Source of the DNA: Utricularia gibba
Lineage: Eukaryota; Plantae; Magnoliophyta
DNA length: 64,000 nucleotides
NCBI GenBank assembly: GCA_002189035.1
Contig: NEEC01000021.1
Coordinates: 682,001 to 746,000, forward strand
Reading direction: 5' to 3'
Position numbers and translations under genes: made by a program. This document shows, piece by piece, positions 37,191 through 50,052 of the stretch (its first letter is position 1; the number at the start of each line of letters is the position of its first letter). The notes beneath the pieces were generated by a model. It did not search any database. It had not been told where the DNA came from and was given only the letters and a program-made list of their open reading frames with translations.

Positions 37191-37844
37191 AAAAATAATT
37201 ATTTTAAATATTAATGTTTTTTTTTGTCTTATGAGACAGAAAAGTATGGTGGCCGGTTTTCAAGGAATGGGTTTGAAAGTGGTGAGTCAACAAATACTTT
37301 AAATATGGTGCAGCGCAGCGACGATCACGCTTGGGGGTGGGAACAAAGGGTGTACGGGCGAGAGGGACAGGCTGGGCCGCAGCAGCTGACCGGCCACGTA
37401 ATGGGACCGGACCGGACCGGACCCTTTTGCAATTGTGGGCACCCTTGTAATGTGCAACCACTCGACAGACGGTAGGATTCATTCCGGGCTCAAAAATAGA
37501 TACGTGCTTCAAAACGGCACACATAAAAGTGGCATATAAAACGGGAAATTGCAGTGGTCCCTTGTGAAGAGTTAGCTAGCTTCACCTTCCTCCCCTAATA
37601 ATGAATGGTTTCAGTAGGTGGAAGGTTACTCTCCCCGTGTAACACAAATGCTAACATGGAGGGAGATGGGTTGCCAACTTTATGCCAAAATTGAGAAGAC
37701 GGTACTTGATGTTAAAATGTTAAAAAAACACTTTTATCATCCTTGACCACCCCAAACAACATCACCCGGGAGGGGGGCATGTTATGCATATTTAAAACAA
37801 TAACAAAATCAAGAAACTATAGGTTTGTTAATCTAATATCCTAA

Positions 37845-38062
37845 GTGTGTATTTGGTATATGGATCAATTATATTAAAAATAATAGAAAATATATAAAGA
37901 GAGAATATATGATAATATAATTTTATTATAACTCATTTCTTTTTATTATTTTATTCCATATTTATAGGATAAATTATCTTGATTATTATTTATCTTATCT
38001 ATCAAATATTCTTTTTTTTATCATTTAACTATTCTCTTTTATTCTTTTTAACAAACACACTC
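37845..38062. mobile_element. Tourist-like MITE, decayed, 218 bp
   Basis: Left end GTGTGTATTTGGT; right end reverse complement GAGTGTGTTTGTT; TAA flanks both ends. Confidence 0.5.
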
Positions 38063-40322
38063 TAAAATTATTTGTTATCACTCAATTGATGAGTTATATC
38101 TAAGATTTATATGGTTTATTATGAAAGAAGAAATCTCTTTATAGAATATTAACAACTAGATGAAATACAACTAATTTCGTAATTTTAAAAAACTTGATCT
38201 AGTCAATCATTACCTAGTCTTATGCAAGACTAGGAATTTAGTTGTAACAACCTCAGATTAAGCCAAGTCTTAGAATAATCAATTTTCTCTTAATTTACAT
38301 TTCCAATAATTAAATCATTGTAATTAAATACTATAAAATATTATGCCATGCGGGATGTTGCGGCGAGTGTCGCATGCTTCACAAGCTCACTCGCTCCACT
38401 TTCGTGGCCATGGTGCTCGTGTAGCACCTTACTTGAGTGCTAATCGCGATGTCGCCATGCCAGGCATCCGTGCACATGGGCGTCGGTCGACCGTCGGTAA
38501 AGGCTAAGGCGAAGGCGTGCACGTGTAAGGTTGCACAAACATGCCTCAAAGTAAAATCTCATATATGAGAGGCATAGGCATTTGACATGATATTGGTTTA
38601 TGATGAGGTAATAAAAATTTGTGTTTCTGAAAAACTTTTCATACACTATCTTTATTCTCAGTATTTAATATGTAATTTATTATATACTTGATTATTTTAT
38701 TTTCAAATTTCGATATAATATTATTTGATGATAAGATTAAAACATGCATAGACATTAAACGACATGGGCTGCCCTCCTGACGATGCGGATGCGAGTTGGA
38801 GATGTGATAACAAGGGGAGCAACGCCTCCATCTGGTGGCCAGGAGATCCGATCACCCCCCATCTGCCTTCAACCAATGCCAACCACAGCAAGGCAAGGGC
38901 TTCTACTTCCAGCCGGCCGACCAACCGCCACCGGGGCCTCCGTTCCACACAGAGATCAGGAGAACGTCCCGATGCTAAAGATTGCTCTTCTATTCGCAGA
39001 CTTGGAATCATCGTCAAGATCTCATGAATCATTTCTAGCACCTCGGAACTGTGTTTCAGAACTCCGGTTTGAGATTTGGTTAACTTCTATTCATGGTTTT
39101 TTGGATTTGATTTAATAATCTGTATACGAAATTATATATTAAGATTAAATAATTATTTTTATAGATCGATCTTAATAGGAATCAATCATTTGGAATCTTG
39201 AATTTAATCGAATTAAATCAACCATTTACTAGAAATCAATAATTTTTTAATATATTTAAATATTTCATTTTAATTTTTTGATATGAAATTATTTTTTGTA
39301 ATACACATCCTTAAATCCTCTCTCTTGTTTTTTATATGTATGATTTTATCTAATAATTAGGTTATAGATTGATCTAATTTTATCATTGATTCTTTGTTTT
39401 TTTTAATTAGAACTTATCCATCCAATTCATGTTGATGGTGTAAGTAAAATGTTTTGATATTATGTTGAAATTAAATATTTGATAGATCGAACAAACACAT
39501 ATAAATAATAAATACATAATAAATATGAATTATATTAAAACAATTAAATTCAATCAAATATTAATAATTTATAAATTCTTATATATATACTTATTTTATT
39601 TTAATTTTTCGATGTGATATTATTTATTCTAATATACATAAACTAAAGTCATTTTGTTTTTTATTGGATGAATCAGCACCACGCCAACCCAACCATCTCT
39701 CTCTCTATCTATCCCGGCAAGGAGTGGCAACGAAAGCAAAGAGGAGGGCAGGCGGTGACCCCTCCATTGTCCATTCCCTTCCGAGAAGTGGCATCCACAT
39801 CCACCGCAGAGGCGTAGTGCACTGCATTTCCAATCAATTTCGGGTCGGAGGACCAATAAATCAGACAATAAGTTCTCAACTACTGCGCCCAACAACAACT
39901 GTCAGAGATTCATTTCATTCAATATAATGCACTGTTGCTGCTTTGCCACACGGAACTCCGCCACCTCTGCTCTGTTCTTCACTTTTGAGGGACTCTCCGG
40001 CCGCCTGCAGCACCACCCATTTACAGAAACGCCCCGATGGATGGATGGATGGATGATTCTCGACCTCTGCACATTCTTTATTTTCCGGCAGGACGGTTTC
40101 CTCCTCATCAGAGGCTCTGAACTCCTTTTCCGTCATGGTGTACTGTTGCTATCCTTCCTTTGAATCATCAATGCGGGGTTTGAACGCATATTAAGAACCC
40201 AAGCTTCAAATATGGTAAATAAAGGACATTATATGTGGAATTATTGAATATTACCACAAATAGATAACAAAAGTAAAATATTTTATCAATTTATTCATCC
40301 TTTTATAATGTTATATATTGAA

Positions 40323-40808
40323 TCAGTGTTTTAAAAATGGGTTAAATTCATTAAACTATTTAGTTATAATTTTGGATTGAACCCTTTTTTAGAATGATTT
40401 GAATTGGATTCATTTATTTTTAATTATACACTCATAATTTAATCTATCAAAATAGTGAAAATATACAAAATTAAAAATAGGTCTCTAAACACTTATACAA
40501 ATACATTGAAAAACTTTATCAAAATCATATTCGTCATCTCATATCTTATTCACATAGTATGTAATTCAAATATAAATGAATATTTTCTACTACCAACACA
40601 AATAAATATATAAAAATATAATTATTACAGTTATTTAAAAAATATATATCAAATAGTTATAACATGCTTTATATTTGTTAGTAAGTATCTTCATAAGGTA
40701 AACAGAAAAAATTAAAAAAAAATTAAAAGTAAAAAAATAGAATTGAATCCTACTCACTAAAATACTGATTTGAATCTAACCCGGTTGAACCTATAGTTTT
40801 AAAATAAT
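40323..40808. mobile_element. hAT-like MITE relic
   Basis: Starts CAGTGTTTTAAAA, with internal ttgaacc/ggttgaacc subterminal-type repeats. The left 110 bp match 20840-20946 in inverted orientation. The right boundary is tentative. Confidence 0.4.
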
Positions 40809-41381
40809 GTATTGAATTACATTATCTTAAATGTACATTTAGTAGAGTAGTTTATTTAATAATGTATATAAATTATTTATGCTTAGATGAATAAATATTA
40901 TATAGTTAAAATTGAAAATAGATTTTATAAAAATTCTATAAATATATGTTTATGATGATATCATATTTGATAAAAATATTTATAATACATGAATAAAACA
41001 TTTTAAATCTTTTCTAATTAAAAAAATTCCAAGGTTTCGAGATCTCCATCGAATCGACCGGTAAAAAAGTTATTCAAATATTTAAAAATAATAGTTAGTT
41101 TGCAAAATACAATTTTCAATGTCCGCATGTTTTAAAAATTGTTAGTAAATATACCAAACATAGTCAATATATTAAAATCCCGGTGAAATCTGTTACTATT
41201 TGGGGAACTGTACGTAAGGTCCATTGGACTTCAGGAGTCGAAATTAGTATCGGGCCTGGGCGTATTTGGGCATGTCACTGGATGAATCCATGTTGAAGGC
41301 CCAAGCCCAATGGCAGTTCCAAGAAGTTTTCCAGTGTTCGTTGCTGTGTTGCTGTCGACAGGGATGGCGTCATCGTTGCAG

Positions 41382-43931
41382 CTACACCTTGTTGTATGCA
41401 CTACGCCGGCGTTTTCGCTTAAGCCCGTGGGAGCTGAACGGATCCACCCACCTTTCGTCATCCTCCACAGCTCGATCCCACCGTTTCGCGAAGGTCTCTA
41501 GTTCATGCATCGACTGCCGGCGTATCTGCATCATCCTTCTCTTAACTAGTAATCCCAGTTGCAGGGCGGAGCAAATGCAGGGGTGTTTAACTAACCTCTA
41601 CTCGCTCGTCGTTCCCTCGCCTCTGCGGAAACGAGGCAAGCAGGAGAGGATCGGGTTAGTGTAGTGCTGCTCCAGGGTGGGGTGGAGTGGGGTGCGGTGA
41701 AATAACTAGAAAAGAAGTCTTACTCTCGCTACGTCTTCTCGGATCTGTTCCTGCATCAGTTCAGAAATCTCATTTAAGGTAATAGTTTAAATGAAAAGAA
41801 GCAGAGGACAGCAAAAGGAGCAGGCTTGTGCAGTTCAGAAATGAAGAATATTGCAGTGACCTTCTCTGTAGATGAGCCACCCAGTGTTTGTATACCCTGA
41901 TGGATAACGTATTCGCTGTCTACTATGCCGACCTTTCTTGTTCGATCTCCCTGCATGGCATTTGAAAGATAATCTAATCGACAGAAGACGGCCATGATGC
42001 CGAAGACGAGCATATCGAAAACGCATAAGCTTGTGCACAGCAACGAAGCTTCTGATTCATAGAAAGCTTTGAGGTTTAAGGAAAATAAGTAAACGAGCAG
42101 ATACATATTCGCAGACTTACTTGTGCACAGTACCCAAGTTTCATGTCCATCCCCCATCCATGAACAAGATCATTCTGGCCAAGAAAAAGGTTTGTAAAAG
42201 AAGAGTTGCATCAAGTTCCCTTGAAGCATGTGATGAGGATGTTCTTACCGAGAGTTGTATGGGAAATCATTCTATTCACCATTTTAATGCAAACAACACA
42301 AGCAGTACCTGTATCAAATGCCAGGCACATTGCCAAGCTGATCTAGAAAACACAGGAGCCATCCCTTCAACAAATCTGTGACAAAAGTTTAAACTGGCTT
42401 CTGCTTAATCTTGGAGCAGAATGAATTGGGATTGCAAGAATGATTGCTAAAATGGATTTGAAAGCTAGCAATTTGAAACATCTCACCCGGTGCATGGTGG
42501 ACCGTTGCTATCTTCTACACATTTGGTGCTACCCCGTGTATCGTATACTCGTCTTCATGAAAAAGAAGATGCAACAATCAAACATACTGAAAAATGGGAT
42601 GAAGAAGCTGAGATGCATTCATGGAACCAACCTGTGGAATACGTGTGTTCTTTTTCTCACTGTGAGCCTATGGTGTATGTCAGTTGAATTAGGATCTAAA
42701 GCCGGTTGAGAAATTTCAAAACCTTCTGATTTTATGATATCCAGATACCTTGTTCAAGAGGAAACATACATTAAACAAGATACAGCATGAAGAGAAAGCA
42801 AACAAAAAGAACTATCAGGTGCAGAAATAGGGGCATACCTTCCAGGGTGGAAGTTCTTCACTCCAAGATCTTCATCCCAAAGGAATATGTAATCATACCT
42901 TGAGACAACATCTGGATGTAAAAAGCGTTTCGCAAACCACCTACGAATCAGAATGCCACCATCAGAGTTTAGAGCCTCCAGTATGCAGTCTTGGTGACTC
43001 ACTGGGACTAAGTAGCATTACCATTTTGTTTGGTTATGAGCAACCACATGGACAGCTTCTCGACTCCATTCCAGATCCCACCATCCATCCATGTTTTTAT
43101 CGTAATGAAACAGAATGACAGTAAAGTTTTCTGGAAGGAACTGATCGACAGAGTCTTTGAAACATTTCACAGAGCATGCTTTCAGTAAATATTTGAAAAT
43201 TATCCCACCTTTTTAACAATTGCGTGAACATTTTTCTTTTGTTTGAGTCCAACAGGCATAGCAAGCAAATAATGGGAGCTATTGCTTTCCTGAAAACTCC
43301 AAAGGAAACCCCAAGATGTCACAACAACAAGAAGTGACAAACAACAGGCACTAAACTGCACCTCTGTATTAGGGGCGCTGGTCATCCACAAAGGCTTTAG
43401 CTCTAGATCGGAGCTAGCTTCAATTATACCCCGTGGCAGATTACTTAAACTTGAGGTAGTCACCATCCCATCCTAAGTTGAATAGATGATACTCATCAGA
43501 AAATATTCATGACAATTTCCAGAACATGAGAAAGCCAAACTCTGGCGCATACCTTCAATGAATAGAATAACACATCCGACTCCATCTGATAAAACAGTAG
43601 AAAAGCATGTACGGTGTTTACAGTGAGAAACAAAAAGACAACAGCTCTCAATACCATACCTTAGTGGCTTGATGTTGATAATATGATGTCCTGTATATCA
43701 TAAACAGCATTAAAGTACAGATGATTCCCACTAGTGGGAGTTGCTTAATCTTTGCTCCGCGAAGTCCCTGCAGTTTACATTCACAATGAAAAGAAGAACC
43801 AGTACAATATCTATTTAGGAAGAAGTGAAACAGGAACAAACGATCAGATCAAATTCAAATAACACAATTACCCATTCAAGTAAGAAATGCCGCTTCTTTG
43901 CAACCCACCTCCCAAAGGCAGTTCCTTTCAT
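41382..43931 (-). CDS. DUF707 family protein, type II membrane, 401 aa. 15 coding exons: 43931-43872, 43767-43660, 43585-43553, 43472-43362, 43289-43209, 43140-43022, 42940-42839, 42748-42632, 42552-42487, 42375-42309, 42174-42121, 41950-41861, 41750-41724, 41622-41596, 41525-41382.
   Basis: Motifs LPRGIIEASSDLELKPLW, LLAMPVGLKQK, VILFHYD, NQTKWWFAKRFLHPD, YDYIFLWDEDLGV, EISQPALD, GPPCTGFVEGMAPVFSR, NDLVHGWGMD, VGIVDSEY and IRRQS...WVDPF. The exons total 1206 nt in frame. 5' UTR exons probably extend to about 44700. Confidence 0.92.
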
Positions 43932-46900
43932 AGCCACCTTCAATAAGTAGGTCACACTACAAACTACAGAAGATGCGTTACAGGAACCAACAAAGAAAAA
44001 AGGCTCACACACAAATTAACCTCATAAAAAGGTACCTACAAAATCAGTTAAAAACTAGATCTTCTAAAGCTAACTGAAGGAAGAAAGACTAGCCACGTGT
44101 CCACCCATGCAAATTAATAAGCAGAGACCAGAACCCTGAGCAATGCTTCACCTCATCGAAGAGCCTGATTCAGTTAACACTGATGAGTAGTCTCAATGCA
44201 AGCCCACCAACCCAGACCACCCGTGACTTGACACCGCCAAAAAAAACCAAAAAAGTAGAAGGAATAGTGAAGCCAAAAACTTTAAACCCCGAAGGTAAAG
44301 TAAAATACAGATAAGGTCGCTTGAAAGGCGAGCGCATTCAAAAACAGAAAAAAAAAAAAAAAAAAAAAAAAAGCACACTGTCACACACACGCAACACAGC
44401 AAAATAAACAAATTTTCAAGAACAGAATCTGGGTATACCTCAAAACCATAGACTGTATTGATCTGCTGCAACAAAACTCTCAACGCGGAAGCATCTCCCA
44501 GAAACACCTCTCCCTTCAGTAAAGACCCCCGTGATACACACACACAAAAGCGAAAGCTTCAGGGATATAAATATTCAAAATACTATTCTGCGCCCACACC
44601 GAGAAGCAGCGAAACGGATGAAAAAGAGAAGAGTTCCACGTTAAGAAAAGGGGGAAACGGAGAAGTTTCTCCAGTGCGTCGGAAATGCGCACCGTCTTTA
44701 GTTTCACTGTTCAGTGATTTGAAGCCAGAGAGCAATTAATTTGATCATTTTTCATATTAATTTACATGTAAAGAGGTAAATGAAAAATATAATTTAATTA
44801 AATTACTCGCTAAAAAAACCAAATGTCTAATAATGACGTGGAAATATTTTTTAATCATATAATGGACATTTTAAAATAATTAATATATTTAATATAATTA
44901 TTTTTTTATGAGATTTTTTTTCAAAAACAAAACGTAAAATTTTAATACTTATTTAATGAAAATGAGTAACATTACCTAAGAGCAAGGAATTTATAACAAA
45001 AAATTAATTTTTAATATTGGATTTTGATTTTAATATAAATATTTTAATCATAGTATTATTTATAAAATTATTTTATAAATTAACCAACCAAACCCATAAA
45101 CACAAACTAATTGATTTTTTTAATATACTAATGTAAAAAAAGACACATTTTGATAAAATCAAAGATAAATTGTAAGGATAGAAATCTTATAATGATATAC
45201 TATATCGGTTATAGATGTAAAACAAATATATTTAAATAAAAAAATTATTATATATTGTATAATATATTTTCTTTAAAAAATAAAAAATAAAATCATTAGA
45301 ATATAAAATAAACATGACTCTAAAATCATCTTTAATCATTTCTGGAAATGCTGATGTAGTATTTTTGAAAATGATATAAATGTTTTCGGAAATAAGTAAA
45401 CTTGTTTTTCATTTTTTCAAAAAACTAAAATAAGAAAATCCTGTTTACTTTTTAAAACGATATAAAATGTAGTTTACATTTTTATTTTAATATTATAATT
45501 TTCGAAAATGAATACAAAAATAAATAAAACTTAATAAAATAAGCTCAATAACTTAATTTTGAAAAATACTGTATCAGTATTGATAAAGATGCTTTAATAT
45601 AAACGCACTCCTTCATATAAACTGTCGAGTCTTGGCTTCGCATTGTTCTTAACCAACAACCCAAACGGAATTGGTTGTAGTGTTTGGTGGGGTGCAGCTA
45701 ATGTTGCCTGCTTTTAGAGTAAGCTTTGGAGATATCATAAGAAACGTTGAGGTCATCTGAATGGGGTTTGGGAGGAGGAGGTGTCATGGGAATTGAAGAC
45801 GGGGGCTGTCACCCCAATAAATGCGACAATAAAATAACTCACACGAACCAAAGAGGGACACAAAATCGATGTTACTTTGAAAAATACATATATTTTATTA
45901 ATAAATATATATTAAATTAATAACAAAAATTATACATATGTCCAAAAGTCTTACAAATTATATTACTTTATTTTTTGATAATATAATATAATATTAAATT
46001 AATAAAAAACTTTACACAAAGTTGAGATATAGTTCGTTGTTGGGATCTATTATAATAAGATTTACGATTAAGTTTGGAAAAATCAATTCAAAATTGATTT
46101 TAACATAATTGAAAATTTCAAAAAAATAAGAATTAATATATCGCATACAAGTGAATTGGCAGGGTTTCATGGTGCTGAGATTTTGAAAGTGTTTTTTAAA
46201 ATGATTATTATAATATTTGGAATATCAAAAATAAAAAATTAATTTTAATAAGTAAATAATATATTTATCCATATTTATTATTAACTATATTTATAAATTT
46301 ATAATTTGAAAATATTTTTTATATACCATATATATTATTAAAATATTTATAATTTATATTATTACTTTTATTTATATTGAAATTATAATTCAAAAATTAA
46401 ATCGATTAAATTATTTATAACATTAATTTCAATTTTAAAATTATTTTTCGAAAATCAGTTATCATATAAAACTAACAGCCTGTGTTTATTATACAAATGA
46501 AATGATTTTTAAAAATTAATTCTTATAGAATAGAAATGATTCATATGATTTCCGAACGTTGCTTAATTCTCTTACAATACTTCTTTTCGCTTCATAAAGT
46601 TTATGTGGTTTTTCTCCTATAATTTCATCATGATGCTTCAATTTTATTTAAAATTCATCATCACTCACTTCATCAATAAATTCTTACCAGTTTTTTTATG
46701 ATCTTTTTTTAAAACGGCCCTTTGATTGAAAAGAGGCTATGTGAACGTTACTTTCACTTTCATTCAATGTAATGATGCATAAAATGAGCAACAAGTACAT
46801 TATGAATACACACTACTCGAATTTCATATTATTTAAATAATTTATGATGTTTCGTTTTCCTATTCAGCTCACCAAACCTAACGTGTTCAAATTTCAAAAA

Positions 46901-47213
46901 ATTCTCTTGGCCCAACATCATGTCCGTACGGGCTCCTTCAGTTATGGATCTTGAGGCGCGTCCAGCCAGCCAGTCTGTCCTAACCCAAGAGACCCACGAA
47001 GCCCATCCTAACCCAGCCCAAGAAGACCAACAAGAAGTTGTTCAATTGGGCTTTTTCTGGTCGAGGGCCTAATGTTTTCTGCGGCTGCGTAGCCTCGTTA
47101 TTGGGTTGTGCTTTAGCCCACACTCATTATTGGGCTTAGGTAGGTTTATGTGAAAATACTTAAACAATTGTGGGAACTAGTGTTTTAAAATGGTTAGAGT
47201 TTGTGGTTGACAT

Positions 47214-47722
47214 CTCAAATTACATTCACTATAAATAGTTTAATTCTCAAATTTCAAAACTATATCATAGGTCTTTTAATTTATATTCTTTAATAAACAT
47301 TTTACTTCTGAATTTATGAAATTATATATTTAACATTCTCATATTATCAAAACTAATCCATTTTGACCTCGAATCTCATTTTAGCGGTGTTTCATTATAA
47401 ACAGTATTTATGATTTTCATTTTTCCTCTTCTAATGATCTTATCCTTTCGGTATTCCAAAAATCATGAAATACAAACGTGATGTAATCCTAACAACATAT
47501 TTTGATTTATTGAATTTCATATGTGAATGTGAAAAGTTTATTATAAAATTTTTTGGGTGTAAAACTAGAATTGGTTCACAGGCTACAATTTTGAAAAAAT
47601 CATTTGGGTTTTCTCAAAATGATTTTGACAACTTTAAATATCTTTTTTGTAATTATGAAACTTGAAAATTAGTATTTATATACTGATTAAAACTTGAAAT
47701 GTTATTTATGTAATTTGGGTTC
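47214..47722. mobile_element. MULE-like long-TIR non-autonomous element
   Basis: Left arm 'caaattacattcactataaatagtttaattctcaaatttcaaaactat' versus right arm reverse complement 'caaattacat...ataaatactaattttcaagtttcataattac'. Confidence 0.5.
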
Positions 47723-48977
47723 GACTTATAGTTCAATCGAGTTAGATTCGAATAGCTATTTTAGTGGGTTGGATATAATTCTATTTTTTTTTCTTTTACT
47801 TTCTTATTTTTTAAATTTTTTACTGTATTCTTTCTAGAGATGGTTAGGAATAAATATATGATATGCTATAAATATTTGATATATGTATTTCAAATAAATA
47901 TTAATAATTAGATATATCTATTTGTATTGATAGTAAAAAATACTCATTTGTATTTGGATTACATATGATTTGAATGAGATATGGGACAATAAAGATGATT
48001 TTGATAAATCTTTTTAATGTAATTATATCAAATGTCAAGTTTTAGGGACATATTTTTTATATTATGATGGATTAAATTATAATTTTATAATTATATTCTA
48101 ATATTTTGATAAATATAATTAAAAATTAAGAATCCGATTCAATCCAAAACCATACTTAAACCTTCCAATGGATTTAACTCTTTTAAAAAATTCGTTGGAA
48201 CTATGTTTTGAAGATTCTTTTCTCATATTATTTTAATAAACTAAGCATATTTTAATTTATATTAAATGATATTTACAATAATTTTGTGTATATAAAAATT
48301 TATATATCTATATGTATTTATTTAAATATGGATAATTCAAATATATTATTAATTAAACCGTCTTTCCACTGGGTCGTTAAGATAATCTACCACAACAAAA
48401 GATAATCTAGCACAACAAAAGAGAGCATTGTATTTTTTTTAGGTTAAAAAAAATAAAAGAGCCTTAAGTTTAGATCTTACATTTTTTGAAAATTTAATAA
48501 GGAATAGTTATATAAAAGGCGTTTTACTTTTCTTTTTTACCTAATAAAATGGAATAATTTTATTTGAAAATATTCTTCTTTTCAGATTAATCCGCTTACT
48601 GTAATATGTCGCCGGAGAAGATAATATTGTCCGGGCGTTCGTGTATTTCCTGGTTTTTATTCCAATTTCGTACACAGAATCCGGAGAGATGATGTGCATT
48701 TTGACAAGGAATTGTAAGAAAGTTTTGAGCGGTAAGAATTCATTAATTTCGTAGAAAATAAGAAAAAGCAGATTTTGTCTGGTCTGTTGCTTTTTTGCAT
48801 CTTCTACGAGGATTTTCAGCTGATCGTCGTAATCCCGACTGCTCAATCTGGATTTTCTCTAGGTTTGAGTCGTCGTTCAAGTCATCCCGGAATACATTTA
48901 AAGCTTCTACACTAAATTCTCGTTTCGCTTCTGCACATCTCCGGTTATAAATTAGTGACGCTTCACAGAAAGTGGCT

Positions 48978-49685
48978 ATGGATTCAGGGAAGGCCTCTAC
49001 GACGGTGGAGAGGGGTCGGATGGAGAGACAGACGGCTGGGATGTTCCGGGAGACTCGCCATAACCACCCGCCACCGTTGCCGCAGATTTGTCCGAGGTGT
49101 AACTCAGGGGACACTAAGTTCTGTTATTACAACAATTACAGCCAGGCTCAGCCGCGCTACTATTGCAAGACTTGCCGCCGGTATTGGACTCACGGGGGAA
49201 GTCTGAGAAACGTGCCTGTCGGCGGCGGGAGTAGGAAGAGCAAACGAGGGAAAGGTATGACGGAATGTGAGATTCCGGCTTCGTCGACGGGGTTGTTACC
49301 AGTAGGGCCGTCGATAAGGCGGTTGCCTACAATGGCACCGGCGGTTGGGAACTCCTTCTTGTCCGGGGGGACGCATATGCCGTCGTTGATGAGCCAACCC
49401 GTGAAGTTTCTGTACGGCCAGAATATGAGCTTCTTACAGAGCACGAACCTCTGTTTCAGAAATACACAGGCACCGCAGTACCAAACTCCGGCGATGGATC
49501 GTTCTTTTCAACCGGGCCATTACAGCTCATGGGCACATGATGGGTTCATGCATCTGGATCTCGCTTCCGCCGGAGCCACCGCTTCGGCAGGTTGCCACCC
49601 CGGGGTCGGCACAAACCATGCAAGCTCTTCGTTCATCGCAAATCAGTGGCCCGATTCCGATCATGGATTCAATCCCCAATACTGA
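48978..49685 (+). CDS. DOF: Dof zinc-finger transcription factor, intronless, 235 aa
   Basis: Dof domain [50 protein letters not shown]. The ORF-track start at 48972 is GTG; the first ATG is 48978. Confidence 0.93.
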   Translation: MDSGKASTTVERGRMERQTAGMFRETRHNHPPPLPQICPRCNSGDTKFCYYNNYSQAQPRYYCKTCRRYWTHGGSLRNVPVGGGSRKSKRGKGMTECEIPASSTGLLPVGPSIRRLPTMAPAVGNSFLSGGTHMPSLMSQPVKFLYGQNMSFLQSTNLCFRNTQAPQYQTPAMDRSFQPGHYSSWAHDGFMHLDLASAGATASAGCHPGVGTNHASSSFIANQWPDSDHGFNPQY

Positions 49686-50052
49686 TTTTTCCCATTTTTC
49701 CTTTAGAATATCTTGTTTCATTTGGTGATCGCATATATATACTATTTGCGTTGATGAGTGAACTAAATTTTCTCAATGGCCTCATCATTCCTCAACGCTC
49801 ATAAATATCTGAAAGTTGGAAGTTAAAAAAACACTGAACGACATAGTTGGTATGCTTAAAAAATACAGACCAGCAGATTGGCGTTCAAGTCACTCGCAGC
49901 ATATTACAGAGGCACACTATCAATGCAATCCAATGTTGATGGTGTTTAAAAGCAGTGGATTTCAGACCCTCTTCATCAATTTTACACCCACAATAAGAAA
50001 ATCAGCAGCAGCACAATATCAAGCGAGGAGCTCACTCACTGTTTGAAGCTCT

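Noticed and set aside
39735-39775. KRRAGGDPSIVH as a CLE-like motif
   Set aside because: It lacks the conserved CLE prolines, is not C-terminal, and the ORF has no signal peptide.
48541-49114. Minus-strand ORFs of 101 and 123 aa at the Dof 5' end
   Set aside because: No recognisable domain. They overlap the Dof CDS and promoter in antisense, and the 48541-48846 product has low-complexity AT-type composition.
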